A stretch of 64,000 bases of DNA. It comes from an uncultured virus (IMG/VR IMGVR_UViG_2510065032_000001). Lineage: Duplodnaviria; Heunggongvirae; Uroviricota; Caudoviricetes. Where the stretch lies: IMG/VR virus record IMGVR_UViG_2510065032_000001. One strand, written 5' to 3'. Under the pieces are notes generated by a model. The model had not been told where the DNA came from. It searched no databases and saw only the letters and a program-made list of their open reading frames with translations. Below are positions 56,956 through 64,000 of the stretch, piece after piece; within the stretch, counting starts at the first letter, position 1; the number at the start of each line of letters is the position of its first letter. The position numbers and the translations under genes are program-made.

Positions 56956-57905
56956 GCCGCGGCGGATACCGCCCCCAAGCCTACCCCTGGGGCCAGGTGC
57001 TCCCCGAGCGGCGGGCCGAGCGGGTGCGGGCCTTCCTGGAGGCCGACGACCGCGCCGCGCTGTGGGCGCTGCTCAGGCACCACCTCACCACCTGGGGGCG
57101 CGCGGGCGAGCGCACCAGCCGGGCCACGCTCAAGACCTACCGCTCGGGCCTCGAGGCGTTCTTCGGCTTCCTGCTGGCCCAGGGGCTGACCGACCCCGCC
57201 CGCCGCGCCCAGGCCGTGCTCGAGCCCCCCGAGGACTTCGGGGCCCAGTTCGTGCGCTGGCTCGAGCGCCGCCACCGCCCGGCCACCGTCAACGCCCGCC
57301 GGGCCGCGGTGCGGGCCTTCTACCGCGCGCTGCGCTGGGCCAGGGCGACCCAGGCCGACCCGCTGGCCGACGTGCCCAGCGTGCGCGACCCCATCCCCCC
57401 CGAGGCCAAGCGCCACCCCTACACCCCCGCCGAGGTCGAGCGGCTGCTCGAGCGGGCCACCCCCCACGAGCGGGCGATGGTGCTGCTGGGCGCCCACGGC
57501 GGGCTGCGCGCCAGCGAGATCATGGGGCTGGAGTGGGCGGCGGTGGACCTCGAGGGCGAGGCCCTGCGGGTGCGGGGCAAGGGCTCCAAGGTGCGCCTGG
57601 TGCCCCTGTCCGACGCGCTGAGGGGGGCGCTGGAGGCCCTGCCGCGCGGGGAGGGCCGGGTGCTGCCCTGGCGCCAGACCGACAGCCTGCGCCGCCGCCT
57701 GCGCCGGTTGTGCGAGCGCGCCGGGGTGGAGTACAAGGGCGCCCACAGCCTGCGCCACCACGCCGGGACCAGGGTCTACCGCGCGACCCGCGACCTCAGG
57801 CTGGCCCAGGAGTTCCTGGGCCACTCGGCCATCGCCACCACCGCCATCTACGCCAAGATGGACCGCGAACACCTCACCAACGCGGTGAAAGAGGCTTTCC
57901 GATGA
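56952..57905 (+). CDS. Tyrosine recombinase (Xer/integrase family)
   Basis: GLRASE, GKGSK, HSLRH, LGH...TTAIY. Confidence 0.9.
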   Translation: MSRGGYRPQAYPWGQVLPERRAERVRAFLEADDRAALWALLRHHLTTWGRAGERTSRATLKTYRSGLEAFFGFLLAQGLTDPARRAQAVLEPPEDFGAQFVRWLERRHRPATVNARRAAVRAFYRALRWARATQADPLADVPSVRDPIPPEAKRHPYTPAEVERLLERATPHERAMVLLGAHGGLRASEIMGLEWAAVDLEGEALRVRGKGSKVRLVPLSDALRGALEALPRGEGRVLPWRQTDSLRRRLRRLCERAGVEYKGAHSLRHHAGTRVYRATRDLRLAQEFLGHSAIATTAIYAKMDREHLTNAVKEAFR

Positions 57906-58507
57906 CTCAGACCGACTTCCAGACCGGACAAAAGGTGATCCTCGAGTGGCACGAGGGGCGGGTCTACCGCTGGGCCCTGGCCCAGGTGCAGCTCGTCACC
58001 CCCAACGGCAACCTCCGCCTCGAGCCCCCCCATGACCGGGCGGTCTTCGACCGCTTCGGGCGGGGCACCGGCCCCTACGCCCACCACAACCTGCGCCCCT
58101 GGAGCGCCGAGCTGGAGGCCCGCCTGCTCGAGGCCGACCGCCTGGCAGCCCTCGAGCGGGAGCGGGCCGAGAGGGAGCGGGTCGAGCGGCTGGAGGCCCG
58201 CCGCCGCGAGGTGCTGGGGGCCAACGCGGGCCTGGCGTGGCAGCGCCAGGAGATGCCCGACGGCAGCGCGGTCTACACCTCCCTGGTCAAGCTTCAGCGC
58301 GGGGGGCACGCTTTCGCGGTGGTCCACGTCCGGCCCGACCCGGTGATAGCGGGCGGCCTGCTGGCCTCCCACACGCTGCTGGGCGCCGCTGGCAGGCTCC
58401 TGAACGGGAGCGACGTGGAGACCCGGAGCGTGGAGGAGGCGCTCGAGGACGCCATCGAGAGCGCCTACCACAGCCTCACGGCGGGCATGACGCCCCGGAA
58501 GGAGTGA
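57902..58507 (+). CDS. Hypothetical protein
   Basis: ATGA overlap. Confidence 0.65.
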   Translation: MTQTDFQTGQKVILEWHEGRVYRWALAQVQLVTPNGNLRLEPPHDRAVFDRFGRGTGPYAHHNLRPWSAELEARLLEADRLAALERERAERERVERLEARRREVLGANAGLAWQRQEMPDGSAVYTSLVKLQRGGHAFAVVHVRPDPVIAGGLLASHTLLGAAGRLLNGSDVETRSVEEALEDAIESAYHSLTAGMTPRKE

Positions 58508-58509
58508 GT

Positions 58510-59436
58510 ATGCCGGGCAAAACCGCGATCGAATGGACCGACCGCACGTGGAACCCCGTCGTGGGCTGTACCAAGGTCAGCCAGGGGTGCAAGTTCTGTT
58601 ACGCCAAGACCCTCCACGACATGCGCCACCGGGCGAAGCTCGCGGGCAAGCCTTTGCCCGAGCAGTACGCCCTGCCCTTCGAGCGCGTGCAGCTCAAGCC
58701 CGAGCGCCTCGAGCTGCCCCTGCGCTGGAAGAGACCGGCCCGAATCTTCGTCAACAGCGTCTCCGACCTCTTCCACGAGGACGTGCCGTTCACCTACGTC
58801 GCCGCGGTGTTCGGGGTGATGGCCGCCACGCCCCGCCACACCTATCAGGTGCTCACCAAACGGCCCCAGCGGATGCTCGAGTTCTTCCGCTGGGTGCGCA
58901 AGGCAGTGCCGGGGGTATACCCCACCAGCCTGGCAATGGGGCTGGCCGAGCCCTACACCAACGGGCGGACCGGGCCGAGGTACGTCAGCAGTGCGGTGCC
59001 CTGGCCCCTGCCCAACGTCTGGCTGGGGGTGACGGTCGAGGACCAGCGGGCCGCCGACGAGCGCGTCCCGCTGCTGCTCGCCGCCCCCGCCGCCGTGCGC
59101 TTCCTCTCCTGCGAGCCGCTGTTGGGCCCGCTGGACATCGCCAAGTACCTGCCCGACCGCCCGGAGGGCGACCGCGACCGCCTGGTGAGCTGGGTGATCG
59201 TGGGCGGCGAAACCGGCACGGCCAGCCAGCCCGTGCGCCCGATGCACCCGGACTGGGCGCGGTCCCTGCGCGAGCAGTGCAGGGAGGCAGGCGTGCCCTT
59301 CTTTTTCAAGCAGTGGGGCGACCACATCACCGACGGCCTCGGGAACCCGGTACGGGTCGGGGCCAAGCGCGCGGGTCGCCAGCTCGACGGCCGGGAGTGG
59401 GGTGAGTTCCCCCTCGAGGCGGTTTCCAATGATTGA
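58510..59436 (+). CDS. Phage Gp37/Gp68 (DUF5131) radical-SAM-like protein
   Basis: IEWTDRTWNP..GCTKVSQGCKFCYA, FVNSVSDLFH, LTKRP, FLSCEPLLG, WVIVGGE, FFFKQWG. Confidence 0.88.
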   Translation: MPGKTAIEWTDRTWNPVVGCTKVSQGCKFCYAKTLHDMRHRAKLAGKPLPEQYALPFERVQLKPERLELPLRWKRPARIFVNSVSDLFHEDVPFTYVAAVFGVMAATPRHTYQVLTKRPQRMLEFFRWVRKAVPGVYPTSLAMGLAEPYTNGRTGPRYVSSAVPWPLPNVWLGVTVEDQRAADERVPLLLAAPAAVRFLSCEPLLGPLDIAKYLPDRPEGDRDRLVSWVIVGGETGTASQPVRPMHPDWARSLREQCREAGVPFFFKQWGDHITDGLGNPVRVGAKRAGRQLDGREWGEFPLEAVSND

Positions 59437-59971
59437 AAGAATGAACGTCCCTACTGCCAGACAGAGCCGCCTCGCCCCCGCCCTCCCCTGGCTGGGCCGC
59501 AACCTCAGCCTGGGGCTCGACCCCAAGTACCGCTTCGCCGCCCCAGGGTGGGTGTACGCCAAGGACGGCGACCCGATCCTCGGCGTGCTCTACCGCTCCC
59601 ACTACAGCGGGCAGGGCCGCCTGCCGCGCGTCTCCCTGTGCGTGGGGCCTGGGGAAAAGCTGGTGCTGCTGCACTACACGGGCCACGCCGCCTTCGTGTG
59701 GCGTAAGTTCAAAGACCGCAGCGGGCAGCAAGGCGTCAACAACGCGCTGTTCGTCAACCACCGCGCGGGGCTGGCCTCCGAGCTGATCCTCCAGGCCGAG
59801 CAAATCGCCTGGAGGCACTGGCCGGGCCAGCGGCTGTACACCTACGTGGACCCGCGGCGGGTGCGCTCGAGCAACCCCGGCTACTGCTACCTCCGGGCGG
59901 GGTGGCGCAGGTGCGGCACCACCAAGGGCGGGCTGATCGTGCTCGAGAAGCACCCCCCACGGCAGGGATAA
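59429..59971 (+). CDS. Mom-like (GNAT-fold) DNA-modification protein
   Basis: SHYS, ASELI..A, LYTYVDP, NPGYCY..AGW..CG.TK. Confidence 0.55.
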   Translation: MIERMNVPTARQSRLAPALPWLGRNLSLGLDPKYRFAAPGWVYAKDGDPILGVLYRSHYSGQGRLPRVSLCVGPGEKLVLLHYTGHAAFVWRKFKDRSGQQGVNNALFVNHRAGLASELILQAEQIAWRHWPGQRLYTYVDPRRVRSSNPGYCYLRAGWRRCGTTKGGLIVLEKHPPRQG

Positions 59972-59992
59972 CGCCCATGATCGGAGGGCCGA

Positions 59993-60376
59993 ATGCGACT
60001 GGTGGAGCTTGAAATGGCCGTCGCCCCCGACGCCCAAGAAGCGCTCAGGGGCAAAAAGGGGGATGACTTGCTGCGGGCCTGGCTAGAGCTGCCCGTCGGC
60101 GCCAGGCCCGAGCTGGTTTGGCGCCTTCAACACCCGCGCCAGCTCATCGACATCATGCGCGGCTTCTACTACGGCCTGTACGCGCGGAATGTCGGACCCA
60201 TGCGGCAGTTGCAGGACGCGAACATCTGCGAGGATTGGCCGGGGGCGGTGGGCGCTTTGGACGACCTCGAGCGCCACCTCGAGCAGTGGCTGGACTGCAT
60301 CCGGCAGGCGAAAGCCTCGCTGCGCAAGGATTTGCGGGTGGCGGGGGGTTCGACGGGGAAGGGGGCGGGGGGCTGA
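59993..60376 (+). CDS. Hypothetical protein
   Basis: SD GGAGG. Confidence 0.55.
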   Translation: MRLVELEMAVAPDAQEALRGKKGDDLLRAWLELPVGARPELVWRLQHPRQLIDIMRGFYYGLYARNVGPMRQLQDANICEDWPGAVGALDDLERHLEQWLDCIRQAKASLRKDLRVAGGSTGKGAGG

Positions 60377-60687
60377 TGCCTCGAGTGCGAGCCTTCGCGG
60401 TGGTTGACCGCCCCCTGAAGCTGATCGGGGACTCGTGGGACGACGTGGTAGGCGCTCTGGTGTTCGCCCGCGACGAGCGCGAGGCCCGCAAGCTGGCCCT
60501 CGAGAAAGACTTCGCGGGCTTGCGCCTCCTGGACCATGACCGCTCGGCTTACACCTCCATCGCCGCCCTGCGGGCCCCCGAGTACGACCCGTATGCCGGG
60601 GACGTGCCCAGGGCGGCCACGCCCGAGGAGATGGCGGCCTGGGGGTTCTGGGGAGAGGAGGGGCAGGGGGGTTATGGGGATTTATGA
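60376..60687 (+). CDS. Hypothetical protein
   Basis: TGATG overlap; LVFARDEREARKLA. Confidence 0.55.
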   Translation: MPRVRAFAVVDRPLKLIGDSWDDVVGALVFARDEREARKLALEKDFAGLRLLDHDRSAYTSIAALRAPEYDPYAGDVPRAATPEEMAAWGFWGEEGQGGYGDL

Positions 60688-60910
60688 CCTTCCCGACGAG
60701 CTGAAGGAGCAGGTGGTCGGCCTGCTCGAGGGCACCTACGGCGACGAAGGGGCCGTGGCCGAGCGCTTCGGCCTCAGCCTCGAGCAGGCCGAGGACATCA
60801 TGCTCGAGGCCAACTACGAGCGCTGCCCCGAGTGCGGGCACTGGGTCGAGTGCTGGGAGCTGGTGGACGAAGACCTCGAGGAGGTGCCCTGCCTGAGCTG
60901 CCGCGAGTGA
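60674..60910 (+). CDS. Small zinc-ribbon protein
   Basis: RCPECGHW...CLSC. Confidence 0.6.
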   Translation: MGIYDLPDELKEQVVGLLEGTYGDEGAVAERFGLSLEQAEDIMLEANYERCPECGHWVECWELVDEDLEEVPCLSCRE

Positions 60911-60931
60911 GCGCCCGGACCCACGCGCCCA

Positions 60932-60954
60932 AGGCCCCGCCCCGTGCGGGGCCT
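60932..60954 (+). terminator. Stem-loop / possible terminator
   Basis: AGGCCCCGC/GCGGGGCCT. Confidence 0.5.
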
Positions 60955-60970
60955 AATCCTGGCCGGGGTG

Positions 60971-60999
60971 TTGCAAACTACTATTATGTTTGCTAGGCT
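60971..60999 (+). promoter_or_regulatory. SigmaA-type promoter with palindrome GCAAAC-N9-GTTTGC
   Basis: TTGCAA-17-TAGGCT. Confidence 0.6.
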
Positions 61000-61050
61000 A
61001 TGGGCAGCGGGGGACTACCAGAATCCCAGCCCCCGCGCGAGGAGCAGACG

Positions 61051-61434
61051 ATGCAAGCATCTGGGGTAACCCGAGGCGAAGTCTCAACCCGGCTCATAGG
61101 CCGCGCCTTCCAGGTCAAGAGCTGGGACATGGCTTTCCACTTCAGAGGGGACGGTATCCAACAGCAGCGCTTCTGGGCGCAGTGGGACTACCGCGCCCTG
61201 GAACGGGTCGAGCCCGACCCCGCCCTGCACCCCGAGGCGTACCGCCGGGGGGACCGCTGGACGATCGTGCGGGCCAAGAGCATGGATGTGGTGCTGGAGC
61301 TCTCGAGCGGCGAGCGCTGGGTGCTCAGCGAACGGGCCAGCGGCGGCCAGGCGGTCTACGACCTGACGCCCTTCGAGGCGTGGGAGGCGGCCCGGCGAAT
61401 CGGGCTTGGGTGGAGCGGGGACTGGAGGGGCTGA
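61051..61434 (+). CDS. Hypothetical protein
   Basis: SD GAGGAG before ATG 61051. Confidence 0.6.
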   Translation: MQASGVTRGEVSTRLIGRAFQVKSWDMAFHFRGDGIQQQRFWAQWDYRALERVEPDPALHPEAYRRGDRWTIVRAKSMDVVLELSSGERWVLSERASGGQAVYDLTPFEAWEAARRIGLGWSGDWRG

Positions 61435-61508
61435 CCCAACGGCGAGCGCCCCCGCCTACCAGAGCGGGGGCCTCTCTACCCCTACGGGGGGCATCAGGGA
61501 GCAGACCG

Positions 61509-61799
61509 ATGCGCAAAAATGATAGCACCGACAAAGAGGCTTCCCTCCAGGGCAGGCGCGACCTGCCCTGGCACGACCGGGACTGGCTCACGCGGGAGCT
61601 CGTGCGGCTGGGCACCGTGGCCGCAGTCTGCCGGGCCCACGGGATCAAGCCCTCGACCCTCTACGGGTACATGAGCCGCCACAAGCTGAGGGCCCCCCAC
61701 CGGCCCTCCGAGTTCGGCAGGCCGCTCAAAGACCCCCAGCGCCCCAGCCGCACCACGCTGTGGCGCCGGAGGCGCCAGGGCGGGAGGGGTCATGGCTGA
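61509..61799 (+). CDS. Small HTH DNA-binding protein
   Basis: WHDRDWL...GTVAAVCRAHGIKPSTLYGYM; SRTTLWRR. Confidence 0.6.
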   Translation: MRKNDSTDKEASLQGRRDLPWHDRDWLTRELVRLGTVAAVCRAHGIKPSTLYGYMSRHKLRAPHRPSEFGRPLKDPQRPSRTTLWRRRRQGGRGHG

Positions 61800-62283
61800 G
61801 CTGAAGCTCGAGTGGTATCACTGCGCCTGGCTCGAGGGCCCCGAGCCCGAGCGCCTGTGGGGGTGGTACGTCAACCTGGCCTGGTATCTGGCGCGCGGCG
61901 AGCCCGCCCAGCCCTTCCCGGTGGCCGAGCTGCTGGAGGCCAGGGGGCCGCAGCACGCGCTCGAGGCCGCCAAGCTGACCCGCGCCGACCCCGACCGCCC
62001 GGTGCTGCTGGCCCCCCTGCCCCTGGAGTACACCGCGCCCTACTCCCCCGCCGAGGTGCTGTTCATGATCGACGGCCACCACACCCTGACCCGCGCGGCC
62101 CAGCTCGGGCGGCGGACGGTGCGGGGGGTGGTGCTCAGCCAGGAGCAGTCCAAGGCCGCGATGCTGACGCGGGAGGAGCTGGAGGCCCTGATCGGCGGGG
62201 CCGAGCCCTGGAGCGTGCTCAAGCGCTTCCACGTGGAGGGGGGATACCCGCTGGTCCAGCTCCGGCACCACCACGGGCGCTAG
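61792..62283 (+). CDS. ParB/Srx-like domain protein
   Basis: PVLL...MIDGHHTL.RA..LG. Confidence 0.55.
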   Translation: MAELKLEWYHCAWLEGPEPERLWGWYVNLAWYLARGEPAQPFPVAELLEARGPQHALEAAKLTRADPDRPVLLAPLPLEYTAPYSPAEVLFMIDGHHTLTRAAQLGRRTVRGVVLSQEQSKAAMLTREELEALIGGAEPWSVLKRFHVEGGYPLVQLRHHHGR

Positions 62284-62286
62284 CCG

Positions 62287-62316
62287 TGATCGTGATCGTG
62301 ATCGTGATCGTGATCG
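62287..62316. repeat. Tandem hexamer (TGATCG)x5, five GATC sites
   Basis: Directly visible, intergenic between convergent genes. Confidence 0.9.
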
Positions 62317-62352
62317 GGGTGTAATGCCCCTTACACCCGCACCCCGCCCGAT

Positions 62353-62376
62353 GCCCGCCCCCGCCTGGGGGCGGGC
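62353..62376. terminator. Stem-loop between convergent genes
   Basis: GCCCGCCCCC gcct GGGGGCGGGC. Confidence 0.55.
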
Positions 62377-62377
62377 G

Positions 62378-64000
62378 TCACGTGGGCAGCTCGCCCGCGC
62401 CCGGCAGCTCGGCCTGGGCGCTCCAGGAGTCGATGCGGCCCTCCCCCGAGTCCCCGTCGCGCGCCACAAAGCCCGCCGTGTCCAACACCGCCGGGCCGAA
62501 GCCCTGGGCGCTGCGGCTGCCGCAGAGGACGGGCTCGCCGTCGATCCACACCGTGAAGCGGTCGCCGTCGCTCAGCAGGCCCAGGGCGTAGCTCTGGCCC
62601 GCCTTGATCCGGTCCCGCAGGTTCTGGCGGTAGCGGATCGGCCCCGAGTCGCCAAAGGTCACCTCGACCTCGGTGCTCTCGGGGCCCTGGCCCGCGTCGG
62701 GGTTGCCCCCCTGCTCGGTGCCCTGGGCGAAGAGGAAGGCGGTGACGGCGTTCGCCAGGTCGAGGCCCTGGAAGAAGGAGTTATCGGGGTCGAAGGTGGA
62801 GGGTCCGGGGGTGAAGTGGCCCTCGAGCAGCGCCCGGCGGGTGAAGGCGGGCAGCGGCTGGGCGTAGCGCAGGCTCACCAGGCCGTTGACGGGGCCGGAG
62901 GGCTGGCCCTCGCCCCCCGATTGCACGTACTCCACCCCCACCGGCCCGCTCACCCGCTGCCAGGGCGCCCCCAGCGGCCCGCTGCCCTCGAAGCCCTCGT
63001 ACAGGCTCGAGGACGTGGACAGCCCCTGGAAGGGCTCCGCCGGGTCGATCCCCGCCCGCTGCACCATCGGGCCGCACCAGGCGGCGAAGTCGCGCACGTA
63101 GGAGTACGAGCCGGTGGGCCCGGCCATGTACAGGGTCAGGCCGGGGGTGTTGAAGGCGGGGTGGAGCTGGGGGAGGACGTGGCGCAGGATGCGCTCGCCG
63201 TCGCGGTAGAGCTCGAGGCCGTAGGCCGTGACCACCGCCTCGAAGGTGTTGGCGCCCCCCTGCTGGGGCGCGTAGGGGCCCGCGGTCACGAAGTCGGTCT
63301 GCTGGCCGTTCTCGTAGAGCGCCAGGTAGATGCGCGGCCACTCGGGGTCGAGCTCCAGCACCGCCATGTTGCCGCCGAAGCGGTCCCCGATGAGCCACTG
63401 CACCGCGCGCCCCGGCGTCCCGTTTTCCTGGGTGAAGCGCAGCAGGCGCACCGGGTCGGGGGTGGCGAAGTCCATCCGGGCCCAGCCCTGGCCCGGCGCG
63501 GCCACCCGCAGGCCCAGCGGGTCGCGCACCCAGGGCTCGGACAGCGACCCCGGCACCTCCTCCCCCTGCCCGGTGAAGGGGTCGTGGAGCTGGGCGAAGG
63601 GGGCGGCCAGCCACCCCGCCTGCTGCGCCTCGACCGCCGACACCGCGGCCCGCCAGACCTGCCCGGCGCCCCGCCCCCCCGAGCGCACCACCAGGTAGCC
63701 CCCGCCCTGGCTCTGGGGGTCGTAGGCGATGGGCTGGAGGCGGGGCAGGGGCTCGAGGTACTTCGCCCCCTGCAAGCCCCCGGCCAGGATCAGGTGGCCG
63801 CCGCCGGGCAGCAGCACGAACATGAAGCCCACCTCGAGCTGGTTGTGCTCGAACTCCATCCCCACCAGCGCGCCCCCGCGCGTGACCCGCCAGGTGTGGG
63901 CGGGGCCGGAGGGGGTCAGCTCGACGCTGGCGATGCCTGGGTCGTCGGGCGCGGGGTCGGGAGTGGCGAAGAAGCCCAGCTTGACCGGGTTGCCCTGGGG
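62378..64000 (-). CDS. Large beta-rich (lectin/ConA-like) protein; 5'-truncated at window edge
   Basis: Frame open to base 64000; repeated D.F....G.L..PW units. Confidence 0.6.
   Translation of the reverse strand, partial: PQGNPVKLGFFATPDPAPDDPGIASVELTPSGPAHTWRVTRGGALVGMEFEHNQLEVGFMFVLLPGGGHLILAGGLQGAKYLEPLPRLQPIAYDPQSQGGGYLVVRSGGRGAGQVWRAAVSAVEAQQAGWLAAPFAQLHDPFTGQGEEVPGSLSEPWVRDPLGLRVAAPGQGWARMDFATPDPVRLLRFTQENGTPGRAVQWLIGDRFGGNMAVLELDPEWPRIYLALYENGQQTDFVTAGPYAPQQGGANTFEAVVTAYGLELYRDGERILRHVLPQLHPAFNTPGLTLYMAGPTGSYSYVRDFAAWCGPMVQRAGIDPAEPFQGLSTSSSLYEGFEGSGPLGAPWQRVSGPVGVEYVQSGGEGQPSGPVNGLVSLRYAQPLPAFTRRALLEGHFTPGPSTFDPDNSFFQGLDLANAVTAFLFAQGTEQGGNPDAGQGPESTEVEVTFGDSGPIRYRQNLRDRIKAGQSYALGLLSDGDRFTVWIDGEPVLCGSRSAQGFGPAVLDTAGFVARDGDSGEGRIDSWSAQAELPGAGELPT

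Larger units (their letters stand above)
1..64000. mobile_element. Myovirus-type prophage / phage-plasmid, extends beyond both window edges
   Basis: Contiguous protease-scaffold-capsid-neck-sheath-tube-TMP-baseplate-lysis order, no host housekeeping genes, ORFs open at both edges. Confidence 0.93.

Noticed and set aside
56952..57905. Recombinase as marker of a prophage end (att site)
   Set aside because: Phage-like genes continue on both sides with coupled starts and stops; no att repeat or host gene recognised
1..64000. CRISPR array, tRNA/rRNA, IS element, reverse transcriptase/DGR
   Set aside because: No regularly spaced repeats, RNA-gene signatures, transposase or RT motifs seen by eye; small RNAs cannot be excluded without a covariance search

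Overview
The whole 64-kb window is one very GC-rich, temperate-looking myovirus (prophage or phage-plasmid), almost entirely on the + strand. The host is probably Deinococcota (Meiothermus/Thermus-like). This is inferred from high GC, frequent CTCGAG, leaderless -10-only promoters and an SdrP/DdrI-like Crp protein. Order of modules: (1) about 18 kb of large 'polyvalent' proteins (adenine MTase, GNAT, SNF2-type helicase, zincin, LPD-type, TGT-like) around a prohead protease; (2) scaffold and major capsid; (3) neck; (4) sheath, tube, chaperone and tape measure; (5) baseplate and fibres; (6) holin and M23 endolysin; (7) an early/accessory region (phosphoesterase, HAD nucleotidase, Crp-like regulator, dNMP kinase, tyrosine recombinase, Gp37/Gp68, Mom-like, ParB-like). 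Terminase, portal and replication genes are not in the window. Four hidden layers are readable in the sequence. First, 17 copies of a strictly spaced late-promoter motif CTGACCC-N11-[CG]ANNNT, 12 of them leaderless. Second, 5 copies of a palindromic operator TGTCC-N8-GGACA, four at sigmaA-type promoters of cassettes dispersed through the genome. Third, a hydrophobic-x-K-[A/S/G] signal shared by capsid, scaffold, protease and the polyvalent enzymes, often followed by a basic beta-hairpin, suggesting a capsid-loading/processing code for injected effectors. Fourth, a +1 UUU-CGA frameshift in the tail chaperone. Product calls come from motif recognition and gene order only; no database searches were run. 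There are two 100-N gaps (3824-3923, 31947-32046).
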